Notes: generated by a model not told the origin, from the sequence alone. A stretch of 64,000 nucleotides of DNA from Azolla caroliniana (GCA_043228905.1 JBHGNT010000003.1:10974001-11038000), one strand, 5' to 3'. Shown: positions 24,194-39,266, numbered from the stretch's first letter. Numbers and translations: made by a program.

Positions 24194-27100
24194 TATCAGG
24201 AGCAGTACTAAGACAGAGAAGTACTGTTAGGAATAGCACTAAGACAGAGAAGGAATTAGTACTAAAAGATGAGGATTAGTACTAAGGGAGGTGTAGAACT
24301 CTCAAGAGAATGAAAGAGTGTGTGAGAGAGAGAGATAGAATGAGGATAACAAAAGATATATATTATGTTAAGGGAATATCCAATAGTAGCTAGGAGGCTT
24401 AAGACTGGCGTTGAACCGATTTGGTTCGAAATAATGCCTTGTGCCTCCTTTTATAGTGTTCTCAAGAGTAATCCTGAAGTTTCTAGAATGTTCTAGAGAA
24501 ATCTGGAATATACATCAATTTTCTATAGTAAAACTTAAATGAAAATAATATCCCTCATATTACAATACATAGCCTAATGGTAAGAGCTCGACCCGTGTAA
24601 CATAAGGTCATGGGTTCGAGCCTTGTCATATCATGTCACTATCCTCCCTTTAAAACGACGAGTGTCACGAGTCATTTTGGATTGAGGATCCGGTTTGTCT
24701 GGATATTGACGATGGAAGTCTTCAAGAAGAGCACGAGCATTGGTCACATTCTCTATCGGTTCCCAAGTACACTCGTTGGGACTTTATCCTAGCCAATCGA
24801 CTATATCCTAGCCAATCTTTGGAATCGAGGATGGAGGCGACCTCGTACTTAGGTCCATCTTCAAGTTCGATCGGGGGTGGAGGTGGTTTAATACGACCTC
24901 GGATGGTGCTGTCCTGATAGGGTTCTTGGAGAGAACTATGGAACACCGGATGTATCTGTAGCTGCGGAAGTAGACCGAGACGAAAAGCGACATCATTAAT
25001 CTTTCCAATAATACAGAAAGGACCTAATCGCCGATATTCGAACTTCTCGCATGGGCGAGTAGTCTTGATGTGTCGTCGTAGTAGCCACACCCGATCTCCA
25101 ATGTCAAAACTAGATGGAAGCCAATGACGATCCGCGTAAACCTTGTGTGTTTGTTGAGCTTGCTGGAGATGAGTAGATAAATCCGCTTGTATCTTACATA
25201 GCTGCTCCAAACCATTCTCTGCACAGGGATTTATAGGTAACTCTAGGGTTTCAAATACACACCACTGGGGGTGACAACCCGTGTAAGCATAAAATGGTGT
25301 CACCTTTGTTGATGAGTGGACAGAGTTATTATATGCAAATTTGGTGAAGTGGATAATATCCACCTAGTCATCTTGATGATAGCTTAAAAAGCACCGAAGA
25401 TACTGCTCCAACGTTTGATTTGTTCGTTTTGCTTGGCTGTCTGTTTGTGGGTGGTAGCCGGAGGAGAGGTTACAAGTCACCTTAAGCATTTTAAAGAGGT
25501 GCTTCCAGAACTTCGAGACGAACTGGGGTCCACGGTCACTGATGATACTATTGGGAAGGACATGATGCAGACATACTTCACGCATGACAATTTCGACGGT
25601 TTCTTCACTAGAGATTTCCTTAGTACATGGCAGGAAATGGGCATCTTCGTATATCAATCTACTGTTGTTAAGATTGCATCGAATCCCTTAGAGACCGGAA
25701 GATTTGTGATGAAATCTAGGGCAATGGATTGTCATGGCTTCCTTGGAATTGGTAATGGTTCTAATAAACCATATAGATGATGCCTTGGCATTTTTGCTCT
25801 ACAACATGTATCACAAGTCCGAACAAAATCTTCGACAAATTGCCGCATATGGGGCCACCAGAATAATCGTTGTATTAAATGTAGTGTTTTAGTACTACCA
25901 AAATGCCCAACTGTATATGTGTCATGATAGTTTTGGACTACTTGAAGGCGACAAGTACCATTAGGAACATACAAGAGTTTCTTAAAGAATAGTAATCCAT
26001 CATGACATTCGAATTGTTGATAGTCTGTACCTGATTGTTGCGATTGTGAACAAGATGCTCGAGAGGGATCAATTTGTGCTAGAATGGCTAGAGCGAAATC
26101 ATCTGCCTTCAAGTCCTCACGTATGGTATCGATAACGTGGGAATCCAAGGGCATACTAAAGACCTGCGTTGCTTGTAGTCATGCCGATCCCAAGATTTCT
26201 TGCTTTTGGTTATCGAAAGTCGGCTCGCCGGGACGCGGTGATAGATACGAGCGCCGTGATAATGCATCTATCTTCCCTTGTTGCTTCCCCGGACGAGATG
26301 TAATTTTGAAGTCGAAACGAGTGAGGAATTGGGCCCACCAAGCTTGACGTCGATTTAACACACGAGCATTCTGAGAGTAGGCAAGGTTTTTGTGATCATT
26401 GAATACGATGATTTGATGAGAAGACGCCTCTAGAAAATGCCTCCATTGCGTACAAGAGTCCACTATTGCTAATAGCTCCTTATCATGAATTTCATAGTTG
26501 ATTTCTGCAGCGTCAAACTTGCGTGAATAGAAAGCCATAGGATGTAGCTTTTCATCATCGCCTTGTTGAGGCAGAATGCTACCCAAGGCGAAATCCGACG
26601 TGTCTGCTTCAATGATGAATGGTTTTTCTGGATCAACATGAGCTAAAATAGGAGCTAATGTAAATGCCTTCTTAAGACTCTCAAAAGCCGTGTCCGTTTC
26701 TTCAAACCAAAAGAATGATTATCCCTTCCTGGTAAGTTGTGTGAGAGGGAAAACAAGCTTTGAGTAATCTTGTATGAACTTGCGGTAAAAATTGGCAAAG
26801 CCTAAAACGCATTGCACGTCTCACAATGAACGCGGAGTCTGCCACTCTACCACTATTTTGACCTTAGCTAGATCCATGGAGATGCCTTCTGAGGAAATGA
26901 CATAGCCCAAAAATTCTATCTGGTTGCACCCAAAACTACATTTTTCCACCTTTGCATAAAGACCATGTTCTCGAAGTCATTTTAGTACTAACAGTACATG
27001 AGAATCATGATCTTCTTGGGTCTTCAAATAAACCAGCAAATCATCCAAATAGATGATAAAAAAATCATCGAAGAGATCTCGGAATATATCATTTGCCATG

Positions 27101-29565
27101 TGTTGGAAGACTGCTAGTGCGTTAGTGAGGCTGAATGGCATGACCGTATACTCGAAGTGCTCGTATTTGGTTTGAAACATAGTCTTCCATTCATCCCTGG
27201 TCGGATCCGTACGAGGTTATATGCTCCTCGTAAGTCGATGTTTGTGAAGAACCTTACACCATTGATTCGTTCTAAAAGACTTGAGATAAGGGGAAGTGCA
27301 TGCCTATTCCTGATGGTGACCTTATTCAAGCCACGGTAGTCTACGACGAAACGAAGTGATCCATCCTTTTCCTTGACGAAGAAAATGGGTGCGCCAGCTG
27401 GAGATTTCAAATATTGAATGAGACCATTTGCCAAGTTCTCCTCTATATAGGCTCGAAGGACTTCTAGCTCGGTTGGTGACAAATTGTAGATCGGTCCCCA
27501 TGGTGGCTCTTTTCCCGGTTGTAAATGATGGGGCAATCATACGGTCGATGGTGAGGAAGCGTATTGGCTCGTAATTTATCGAACACATATGCATAATGAC
27601 GATACTTCTCTGGAAGTTGAATGGTGGACTCCTCTTTATTGATACGGGAGGGGTTTACCGATATTGTGAAGAGAAACATTTCTTCATTGCGTCCTTCCTC
27701 ACGCAACTGATGTAGCGAAATGGTTGCAATCTTATGAGTAGATCCTTGGGTTTGTCGACACCGTATTTCTCTTGTTCTCCAATCTATGGTTGGGTTATGT
27801 AATTCGAACCATGGTAACCCCAAAACAATGGGATGTTCTGGGATAGTAATTATATTAAATGATACTACACACACTAAGTTATCTAGGACAATATTAACGG
27901 GTTCTGACTCTTCTATAATATTTCCCGAAGCAATGGGACGACCATCAATGACTACTACAGAGGCTGGACACGAGAGTTTTTTTAGGGATATCTGATGACC
28001 TTGGGCAAAATTCCTATCCATGAAGCAAGAGTTGGTTCCGGAATCTAAGAGTGCTAAGACATGTACTAGAGGAGTACTTTTAGTACTAACCATTACTTGA
28101 GCTAAGAACACATTGCTAACTGGCTTAAAGGAAATGGAACCACTAATGCGCTGCACAGATCAAGGGTTGTCCAACGAAAAGGCTCCTATTTTGGCTGGAC
28201 TTAATCGTTTAACTCTTCTTCTAGTTGGCTTAGGATTTCAAATTTGTTTGGAAGGCTTGGGCTATTAGGACTATCAGACACACCTAGAGAAATAGACCCA
28301 GGTTTAGTACTATTAGTACTAACGGTTATTTGATTTACTTGTCTTTTCGGCCGATGGGGGCAGTTCACTGCAATATGCCCCGGTTCACCGCAATAAAGAC
28401 ATAATAGATTTGCCGTGTGTCGCTGCTTTTCTTCTTCCAATAGTGGTTCACGACGATGTGTGGTGTCGATTTCCATTGGAGTTGGAGTATTTGTTGGAGA
28501 CGTATTGAATGACTCCCTTGGGAAAGGCTTTGCTATGATTGAAGTGGAGGTGGGCTCCGATCTTGTCCTTGGCATTTGGAACTGACGTTCCAAACGTCGT
28601 TCAAAGAGACGATTATCGCATCGCACTGCACGACTGATTGCTTCTGTCAATGACTTTGGCTCATCGGGGAAAGTTAAGAGTAAATCTTTAACATCATTAC
28701 GTAGGCCAAAAAGAAATTACTCCATTAGTGCCTGGTCATCCCAGGGAATATCGGTGGCGAGAAGACGGAAATCCGCAGCATAAGCCGAGACTGGCCGCTC
28801 ACCTTGGCGCAATCTTCGGATTTTGTTGATTGCTGTTCTAACACTGTCGGTATCTCCAAAACAGGCTTTAAACTCGGTAATAAACTCTTCGAAATTATTT
28901 AACAAGGGAGGGCTTTTTTCTAACAGGGGGGCGAACCATGCCAAAGTCGTGTCACTAAGTAGAGTGCCTATTAGTCCCACTCGTGATGCATCGGTGGGAT
29001 ATTGAGAAGGATGCATTTGAATGACTAATCATACCTGATTAAGGAATCCTCTAAACTGTGATCGCGTTCCATCGAATTTCATGGGAAGGCCGATCGTGGG
29101 TTCTTTATGAACCCCTTGTGTACTGAGTCCTTGTTGTTGCATTGCTACTATGGTTGCTTTGAGCTGTTCCACGCGTAACGCTAGTTCCTCGTGTTGTTGT
29201 TGCGTCTGCTACTTCTCTAAGGAGATTTGTTAAAGCTCCCCCAACAATTGTTGATTTTCTTGTTACAATGCGAGAAACTTCTCTTTCAAGCATTGCAACT
29301 CCGAGAAAACGGATTGATATTCTTGAGCGCTAATAGTGGCCATAGTATGAGAGAAGAGAGGAATAAGAGATTAGTATGAAGGGAGGGAGAAGTAAGAAGA
29401 TGAGGGAAGAGAAGGAAGGGGAGAAAATTGGTTCAAACTGTCAAGAGCAGTACTAAGACAGAGAAGTATTGTAAGGAACAATACTAAGACAGTGAAGGAA
29501 TTAGTACTAAAAGATGAGGATTAGTACTAAGGGAGGTGTAGAACTCTCGAGAGAATGAAAGAGTG

Positions 29566-29606
<41 letters not shown>

Positions 29607-30313
29607 GATAACAAAAGATATATATTATGTTAAGGGAATATACAATAGTAGCTAGGAGGCTTAAAACTGGCGTTGAACCGATTTGGTTCGAAATAATGCC
29701 TTGTGCCTCCTTTTATAGTGTTCTCAAGAGTACTCTTGAAGTTTTCTAGAATGCTCTAGAGAAATTTGGAATATACATCAATTTTCTATAGTAAAACTTA
29801 AATGAAAATAATATTCTTCGTATTACAATACATAGCCTAATGGTAAGAGCTCGACCCATGTAACATAAGGTCATGGTTTTGAGTCTTGCCATATCATGAC
29901 ATTATTCCCTCTTTAAAACGATGAGTGTCACGAGTCGTTTTAGATCGAGGACCCGGTTTGTCTGGATATTGACGATGGAAGTCTTCAAGAAGAGCACGAG
30001 CATTGGTAACATTATCTATCGGTTCCCAACTACACTCGCTGGGACTATATCCTAGTTAATTGACAAAATAGTAGAGCTTCTTACGAACAATCTTTGGAAT
30101 TGAGGATGGCGGTAACCTCGTACTCAGTTCCATCTTCAAGTTCGATCGGGGGTGGCGGTGGTTTAATACAACCTGGGATGGTGCTTTCCTGATAGGGTTC
30201 TAGGAGAGAACTATGGAAAATAATATTCTTCGCATTACAATACATAGCCTAATGGTAAGAGCTTGACCCATGTAACATAAGGTCATGGGTTCGAGTTTTG
30301 CCATATCATGACA
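24194..30313 (-). mobile_element. Ty3/gypsy chromovirus 'Gypsy-B' (Tcn1/Tf1-sushi-like), degenerate, with an extra chromodomain-PPT segment and partial third LTR
   Basis: LTRs 24194-24638 and 29439-29901, partial LTR ~30215-30313. TSD ggctc. Gag KFDGTRSQFRGF, PR LLDSGTNS, RT YLDDLLVY, GPF motif, chromodomain YEVASILDS. No tRNA PBS. Confidence 0.92.
29568..29601. repeat. (GA)n microsatellite in the Gypsy-B 5' LTR
   Basis: About 15 GA units, versus a short run in the 3' LTR near 24324. Confidence 0.9.
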
Positions 30314-32321
30314 GGCTCAAGCTTATTCAGCTGATTCGGATCCGGTTGAGCTTGCTCGCTCAACACTCCCCCTCAAGCTCAACTTGAGGTCGGATCATGG
30401 AGTTAGTGTCTGCGACAACCGGTTCTTCTACCCAACTCCTAGCGTTGCCCCGCCTTGCTCGCGCTCCTCGTTCGGTTCAGTCCTATTTGCCCCAACCCTT
30501 CTGGTTCTGCGCACCAGGCCCATTTCAGCTCCCTCGCTGTTGCGACTCCGGCAGTTGTTGACCCGTCGGTTCCTTCGTGTTGGCATTGACTTTCGTTGCG
30601 TTCGTGTCCGGTTGGCCTTTAGTTGATCCGGCTCCTCCGAACCGAATCTAACTGTTGAAGCGAATCCGATGTCTCCGATTCGTTCCAGTCCTTGTCCGAA
30701 ATGACTGCTCCCGATTTGTTCTGGCTCTTGTTCGAGTTGGTGTTCGCCAACTCATCTTCTGGTTTCAGGCCCTTCACCACATCAGACCATGTCCGGGTCT
30801 TGGCCTTCTCCTTCCGGTCAGCTATGTCCTTCTTGACTCTGTCATTGCTGCCGTTTGTTCCGACTTGTTCGGATGTGCCGACTTCGTTCGTCGACTCGGC
30901 TTCCTTTTTCCCTTTGTCTTCCCCTTTGTTGGTTCTTCCCTTTCCGGTTCCTTGTCTGGTGCCGTCCGCAGTTTCATTGCCTTTGCCCATTATGGCACCG
31001 GTTTCTTTGCCGTTGCCCATTCTCCCCCTCAAGTGCGGCATGTTGAGATGTTGAACACCAAGCATTTCGGTGAAGTGCTACAACTTGGACGATCCGAGTG
31101 GTTTGGTGAAGATGTCGGCAACCTGCAAATCCATCTGAACATACCGAACTTCGACTTCACCGCTCAGGACCCGCTCATGCACGAAGTGATAATATACTTC
31201 TATCTGCTTCGTTCGAGCATGGAATACAGGGTTCTTGGCGAGTTGTATGTTGCTCATGTTGTCATAGTGGATCAGGATTGGGGTCGGGACCTCGATCCGG
31301 AGATCTCGCAGCAGTCGCCGAAGCTAGATGGCTTCACATGTGGCATTGGTAGCGCCCCAGTACTCAGCCTCAGTGCTAGACAAACACACTGTTGGCTGGT
31401 TTTTGCTGCTCCATGCAACAGCTGCGCTACCAAGGGAAAACATGTAACCGGAGGTGGATTAGCGATCCGATGCATCACCAGCCCAGTCAACATATGTGTA
31501 GCCGACTAGCTCTTTAGTTATACCATGCCGATATAATAGTCCTTGGTTCTTCGTGCCGCTCACATACCATAATATTTGATACGCGCACTGAAGGTGCTCC
31601 ACGGTTAGCTTCTACATGAATTGGTTGATCACATCAACTAGATAATTGATGTCGGGTTGGGTAATTGTCATGTATATCAGGCTTCCGACTATTTGTCAAA
31701 ACTGTTTCTCATCATAGGCCGGTCAGGAGTTGGGACGGAGCTTCTAGTTCCAGTCCAGGGGAGTAGAGACAGGTCGACATTCCGTCATGCCGAACTTGTA
31801 TAACATATTCAATACATAATGGCGTTGTGAGAGCAATATGCCATCGGGGGTTCGGATCACCTTGATCCCAAGAAAATATCGAAGGTCCCCCAGGTCCTTC
31901 ATCTCAAATCCGTCCGATAGCTGGGACTTCACTCGGTCAATTTCATTGAGACCGGGTCCGGTGATGACTAAATCACCTACATAAAGTAAGATGCAAACCG
32001 GACCATCCAGACCTTCCTAGATGAACAACGATGAGTCAGATTTAGAGGTCACAAACCCCATCTTATGCAACCGATGCGTGATCTTCACATTCCAAGCTCG
32101 AGGGGCTGGTTTCAGACCGTAAAGTGACTTCTTAAGCCGGCACACCGCCGACTTGTTCATCTCCGACTGAAAACCGGGAGGTTGAATCATATAGACCTGT
32201 TCTTCAAGATCACCTTGAAGAAACAAATTCTTCACGTCCATTTGGTGAAGATGGCACCCCCTTGCCGCAACAACTGCCAGTACCACACGAACCGTCGTCA
32301 TCTTCGCCACTAGAGCGAAGG

Positions 32322-35300
32322 TATTGGAGACATGAACTAACGTAACCATAAAATAATGATAAAAGATAGAAAGGAGAGAGAGAAAGAAGGGTGCCGATCC
32401 ACCCGACCACCCCCGAGCGCAGGGATCGAGACAAACTCGAGCCTCGATCGGTGTCCCATATCACCGTCGTGGCGTCGAGTCGTACCTGGTGCTGGCGCAC
32501 TCACTACAAGAGTTGATCCACCACGAAACAGAGTCTCAACGTAGTCAACAAGATGATGAAATGAGGGTAGCTAGGCCTCTTATTTATAGCGATACCCAAG
32601 GCTCCTAGCCAAGTTCACACATGGCCTAATGGGTTGTCTCAATCCCGAGGATTAAAAGTAATCCTCCACTTCTTTACACTCTCATTTAACCCTCACACTT
32701 ATCCACGTGTATAGAATACTACGGTAAACTCTCACCACGGGATATTATATGGTCATGCCCGTAAGATACTCCCCCTCTTTAAAACATTGCACTCTTGCAA
32801 TGGAAAGTTAGGGAAGGTAGTTCTGAGAGTATTTTCGCGTTCCCATGTGGATTTCTTTAGTACGTAATTTTTTTGTTTTAACATCGAGAATTCTTTCTGG
32901 TACATGTATTTTAGAAGATAATTCTTCAGAAGTAAACAAAGTTTTAGTTGTAACTGTATTGTCGCCGCAAGAACCTAGAAGTTATTTTAGACGACTCACA
33001 TGAAAAATTGGATGAATTTCAACACCATTGGGAAGAGCGAGACGATAGGCTGATGACCCAATGCGTTTGAAGACTGTAAAAGGTCCACAAAACCATGGGG
33101 CTAACTTAACACACTTACCCTTAGACAATGTCTTAGAATTGTGAGGTACACATAAAACTACTTTCTGTCCAGGGTGGAATACACAAGGTTGCCTATGATG
33201 ATCAGCATAAAAATGCGCTCTATCTTGAGCTGTTTTTATATTATCTCGTGCAATATGCAACATATCTTGCATATCCCGACGAAAGTTTTGTGTACATCGC
33301 AACTCATCTTGATGTATATTAACATCAATCGGGGCTCGTGGCTGAAAACCAAACATCAACATAAAAGGACTATATCCCGTCGATGTATGCTTGGAGCTGT
33401 TATAAGCAACTCCAAAATTGGGAGATAACGTTCCCATTTTGTTGGTTTTGCACCAACGTATGCTCAAAGCATGTCCTCAATAATTTGATTTATTCGTTCT
33501 GTCTGTCCATTGCATTGAGGATGATTCGTGGTGCTTATGCTCAATGTAGTTTTTGAAGACTTGCGTCCAAAAGTCACTAGTAAACTTTGGATCTCGATCA
33601 CTCACGATATCCATCAGTAACCCATAAAAACGAAATAACTCATCAACGAATTGGTAACCCAATTCAGGAGCTGTTACCGTGGTTTTAGTAGCAATAAATC
33701 TGGCCATTTTAGTTAGTCTATCAACCACAACCCAGATGGCATCATGGCCTTCTTAGGTGCGAGGAAGGCTAACTATAAAATCGATGGATATAGTTTCCCA
33801 CTTATTATCGGGAATGTCCAAGGGATGTAAAAGTGCTTCGGCTTTAAGTCGCTTGGCTTTGTTAACCTGACATTGGTGACATTTAGTCACATAGCTATGT
33901 ATGTCAGGGCGCATCATAGGCCAATAGAATTGAGTGGAGATTAGAACGAGTGTACGATGTATTCTAGGGTGCCCTATTGAGGGTGCATCATGGCATTAAA
34001 AAATAATTCTCTTTTTGACCTCAGGCAAATCTGGAACACAAACCTTCCCATTACGGTAGAGCAGACCGTTAGTAATGTGGAAGTATTCCTTCAACAATGT
34101 GGTGGTGTTTGTTCTAGACTCAACTCTTGCCCAGTATTTCACAAAATAACTATCATCAGGATACTTTCCTCGAATGTGATCATAAAGATCTGATGTTATT
34201 TCAATGAAGCTAAGCATGTTAACGTCACGGATGGGACTTAGTGCGATAGTGTTCATGGAACCTTTATGATATCGTATGGAAAATCGAAGTCCTAGATGAG
34301 ATCAGCCCATCGTGCCTTACAACCTTTCAGGTCTTGTTGGTCACAAAAATATTGCAAGGACTCGTGGTCCGTAGTTACCACAAAGCGATTTCCATAAAGA
34401 TAATGGCGCCATGTTTTGAGCGCATGTATAACTGCAAATAATTCCTTTTCTTGAACGGTATACCGAGATTCAGCAGAATCAAGTTTCTTACTCTCGAATG
34501 TTATTGGTTTACCATCTTGATATAAGATAGCACCTATAGCATAATCTCTTGCATCAGTTTCAACCTCAAAAGGTTTTGAAGGATTAGGTAAAAGAAGCGA
34601 AGGAGCCTTGCACACCAGGTCCTTGAGTTCCTTAAAGGTGAGGTCTAGTGTAACATTCTAGACAATAGGTTTTGTAGACTTTCGCGTTTCACCTTTTAGA
34701 AGATCAGTAAACGACGTTGTCAATTGGGAGTAATTACGAAGGGATTTTTGGAAAAACCCGACAAAACCAAGGAATGACGGAACTTCTCGAATATTCCGAA
34801 GAGTGGGCCAAAGCTGGATTTTCTCAATGCGAGAAGGATCAATTTCAACTCCTCATTCGGTTTTTAGATGTCCAAGATAAGTAATTGATTTCTTGAAGAA
34901 CTCAAATTTTGAGATCTTCGCATAAAACTGTTTGTCACGCAATGTTTGTAAAACAAAGTGGACATGTTTAGTATGTTCTTGTAATGTACGGCTATAAACT
35001 AAAATATCATCCAAGAAAATAACAACAAATTTTCCAAGTTTTTCTCCGAAAATATCATTCATTTCTTGTTGAAATGTAGCCAGAGCATTGGTCAAACCAA
35101 AAGGCATAGCCAAAAACTCATAATGGCCATAGTGCGTACGAAATGCCGTTCTAGGAACATCGTCCTCACTTATACGAATTTGATGGTAGCCAATACGGAG
35201 ATCAAGTTTCGTAAAATACCGAGCTCCCTAGAGACGGTCAATTAGATCATCAACTCGGGGCAATGGATACAAATTCTTGATCACTTTATTCAAGCGTCGG

Positions 35301-38300
35301 TAATTAATACACATACGCCATGTGCCCTCTTTCTTTTTAACCAAGAGAACTGGTGCACCCCATGGAGATTTACTATAACGTATATAACCCATTCGTAAAT
35401 AGTCCTTGAGTTGCTTAGATACCTCATCCTCTTCGGATTGACTTAAGTGATAAGGAGGTATACTTATTGGTGCAACACCAGGTACAATATCTATACGATG
35501 GTCTATATTACGTTTAGGAGGTAACCCATCACGTAGTTCACTTGGAACAACATCATGAAAATCATTTAAGATTTCATCAAGTTGTTGTTGTTCAAAATAT
35601 GTTAATTGAACCGGGACATTATCGATATTGTAAACGTGAATGTCCGGATCAAGAACACAATAAAATAACGTAGAACAAGACAACTCGGATATTGATGGAC
35701 ACGAGGAAACAATCGAGAGGGATTGTTTTTTTACACATTAAATAAAATGCGTACAATCGTTCAGTACAAAAGAAATGGAATGGCGAACCCAATCAATAAA
35801 TAAAGATGAGTTTTTATTATAAAACCAGGGATAACCCAGTATTACATCGGTGGTACAAAGATTCATTACATGGAAGTCTACTTCCTCTATATAAGTATCA
35901 ACAGAAATTCCTAATGAATGAATCACCCCGTTGATGTATTGTACTCTTCCATCAGCCAAGTGCACTGTGTAGGTGTGATCACTTACGGTGGGTTGGATTC
36001 CCCATATCTGAACCAAACGATCATTCACAAAATTGTGTGAGCTTCCAGAATCAAATAAAAATTGTACGGGAGATCCATTGATATACCCGTTTCCACGTAG
36101 TAAATCATTGGGACCCAATACATAGTGAGGGAAAGAACATTGACAATTACTTAAATAATGTGTATAGACCTGAAGGACATTAGGAATCTGACCTTTATGG
36201 TTTGCATCTTTAGCTTTGTTGTCGTGCTCTTTCTGTTGGAGCTTTCAACATTAGTCTTTTGTATGTCCCTTCTTGTTGCGGAATACGCAAAAAGGATGTT
36301 GTCGCTTACAATCACGATCCATGAATTCGTTGGGTGTCTTGCATTTCCCAACGAATTGTGATTGCTTAGTCCCGGGTGCTTCGTTGGGTTTGTTGTGGTC
36401 CTTTTTCGAAGTGAGTTGATAGCGAAGAACTATTGCAACGGCCTCTTCGAAGGATTTTGGATCCTTATTGTGCACTATCTAGTGATAGTCTGAATTGGGG
36501 ATGCCATTGACAAAACAAGCTATCAACCAATTGTCCCTTTCTAGACCCGACTTTTGGATTTGGGTTCTAGCATGGTGAACATAATCTTCTAGCGAGGAAA
36601 ATTTCCTGCTAGAGAGGTTCATTAAAGCTTCTGGTGCCTTGGTTCGAGAGGGAGGTTGCAGAAATTGGCCCATGAAAACTGTGACAAAATCTGTCCAGGT
36701 ATCAGGCAATTTCCCCAAAGTTCGGAGCCCACGTCACCAGGCGGCGGCCTTACCCCCTAGTTCTCGGCCGACATATGCAATCTTCATACTATCTGGCGTG
36801 GGATAGAGCTCAAAATGAAATTCCCATTGGCCCAACCACGTGCAAATTGCTTCTTCGGTTCTTTCCTTTTTTTCTCCCATAATGGCTTAACGACAAACGA
36901 TGCTTCATCCTATCCCTCATCAGGTCTATTAGTCTCACGTTGTAAACTAATGACACGTGCCTCGAGAGCACTTTGAGATTGCCGAAGGTTTGTCATCTGT
37001 TGAGCGGTGAAATTAAGGTATTGGGTTATTTGCGAAAAATATATCTCAATGGACATTTGTCTAGGAGGATTCCCTTGAGTTCCTTCCACTTGAGCGGATG
37101 ACATTGGGTTGTTAGTTTGAGCCATTGAATGATTATTTTTGGCAAAGAAATAGGATAAGGTCAGCCAAATAGTCATAACATCATGTCAGGATGTAAACAT
37201 GTCATGGGCAAACATTAATCGATATCATGATCTCACGTCAATACCCCTCTAGACGTATGAGATGAGGTTCAAGATAAGGTTACTATGGTAACACTAAGGT
37301 GTTTTAAAAACCATGGGGGTGACAAATAAATGTCTTTCCTTGATATCTATATCGATTTTTTTCATGGCGGCTCCCCGAGGCTCAACCATGTATGTTCGCG
37401 TCATGAATAGTTTATACACGAAAAAAATGTTAACAATAAACTATGTTTCGGTGCCCACATATGTGGTTTCGGCTCTTTAAGTCCTATTACGAGGACCCCG
37501 AAGTGCACTTAGACCTCAAGTCTAAACATGTGTTATAGTCATATGTATCAACGATGTTGTATGGTCTTGGTTATATTTGGACTCGAGACCTCGAGAACAA
37601 TTGCATTAAACACTTAAGCTAACCAATTAGGTTGCTCTTTTTGAATGTTTAATGTTTCATGTGTATAAGAGATATGCAAGGCATTTGCCCATATATGTAT
37701 TTTTAAAAGAAACATATATGTCAAGAGTCCTTATTTCCCCCTCGTTTACCACAAACTTTGTTGGTACGTTACCTAACCTCAAGTCTCGTAATTACGATGG
37801 CATACACCAAAGTGCAACCTAATGGTCAAGCCAAATGAGCCCTCTTTTCATAGTAGGCCCACGTGGCCCATCACATGGTTACGTCATTACGAATTCCTTT
37901 CATAAGAATGATCTCATGGTGGCATCATATCCATGTAATGAGGGAGGGATGTTGGATATATGTGTCATAAGAGCAATCTCACATGAAGTGGGTTAAGCCC
38001 TACGTACTCAAAAACATTGTGGCTATGATTGTTTCATTACGTAACGAAATATCGAAGTGACCAACAGGGATGTCAACAAAAAATTGTTGAAAAAGGGATG
38101 GTGAAAAAGCTATTCTCACAAAAATGTGAGGAAGGCCACCAAGATCCTTTTCTCGACAAGGACAACATTCGATAGAAATCACGTAATATCAAATATACAC
38201 ATATGTTTACTTATCACATATATACGATCAAATACGTATACATGTGACCACATATGCATACATTAAACAAATCGTTACATCAAATAGCCAGAAATGATGT

Positions 38301-39266
38301 AATCAAGATACGTAATCGAGGCATATACCCTGTACGCAAACAAAACATCCAAAAATAGTGGTTCATCGTGATACACAATTCAGGTATTGACCTCTTACGC
38401 ATACGAGACCAAACGCACATCATTTACAATGAAATCGAGGTATTGACCTCATATGCATACGTAACATATGTATGTGAGCATAATTCGCAATTGAGGTATT
38501 AACCTCGTGCACATACGACATTAATCACATATTCAATATATGTCAAATGAGGTATTGACCTCATACACATATTTAAACGTTTTATACAACCAATTAATTA
38601 CCACTACAACATCATTGAATTAATGAAAAAAATTACATATAGACTATATACATGATTAGATGGGAGAAGGAAAAATAGAATAGAAGAAGAAGGAAAGAGT
38701 TACCGAAGTTCTTTGTTGATCGTTGTCTGGGTCAAGGCCGACCGCACATCGATCAATCACCATCAATCAAGAACACCAAAGACAACAAAAGAAACATTAG
38801 AACATGAGCTCGGATACCAACTATTAGAGACATGAACTAATGTAAGAATAAAATAAGGATAAAAGATAGAAAGGAGATAGAGAAAGAAGGGTGTCGATCC
38901 ACCCCACCACCCCAGAGTGAAGGGATCGAGAAAGACTCGAGTATCGATCAATGTCCCATACCACCGCCGTGGCGTCGAGTCGTACCTGGTGCTAGCGTGA
39001 TCGCTGCAAGAGTTGATCCACCACGAAATAGAGTCTCGACCTAGTCAACAAGATGATGAAATGAGGGTAGCTAGGCCTCTTATTTATAGCGATACCCAAG
39101 TCTCCCAGGCAAGTTCACACATGGCCTAATGGGTTGTCTCAATCCCGAGGATTAAAACTAATCCTCCCCTTCTTTACACTCTCATTTAACCCTCACACTT
39201 ATCCACGTGTATAGAATACTACGGTAAATTCTCACCACGGGATATTATATGATCATGCCCGTAACA
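32322..39266 (-). mobile_element. Gypsy-A copy 2, full-length but degenerate, in sense orientation inside Copia-A2 RT
   Basis: LTRs 32322-32766 and 38822-39266. PBS tggtatccgagc, PPT aaagagggggag. Perfect TSD gaagg. Confidence 0.95.

Noticed and set aside
24570-24625. Functional tRNA genes at the A/B-box cassettes and at 57507-57541
   Set aside because: No complete cloverleaf, acceptor stem or anticodon arm is present; all lie within LTR or PBS contexts.
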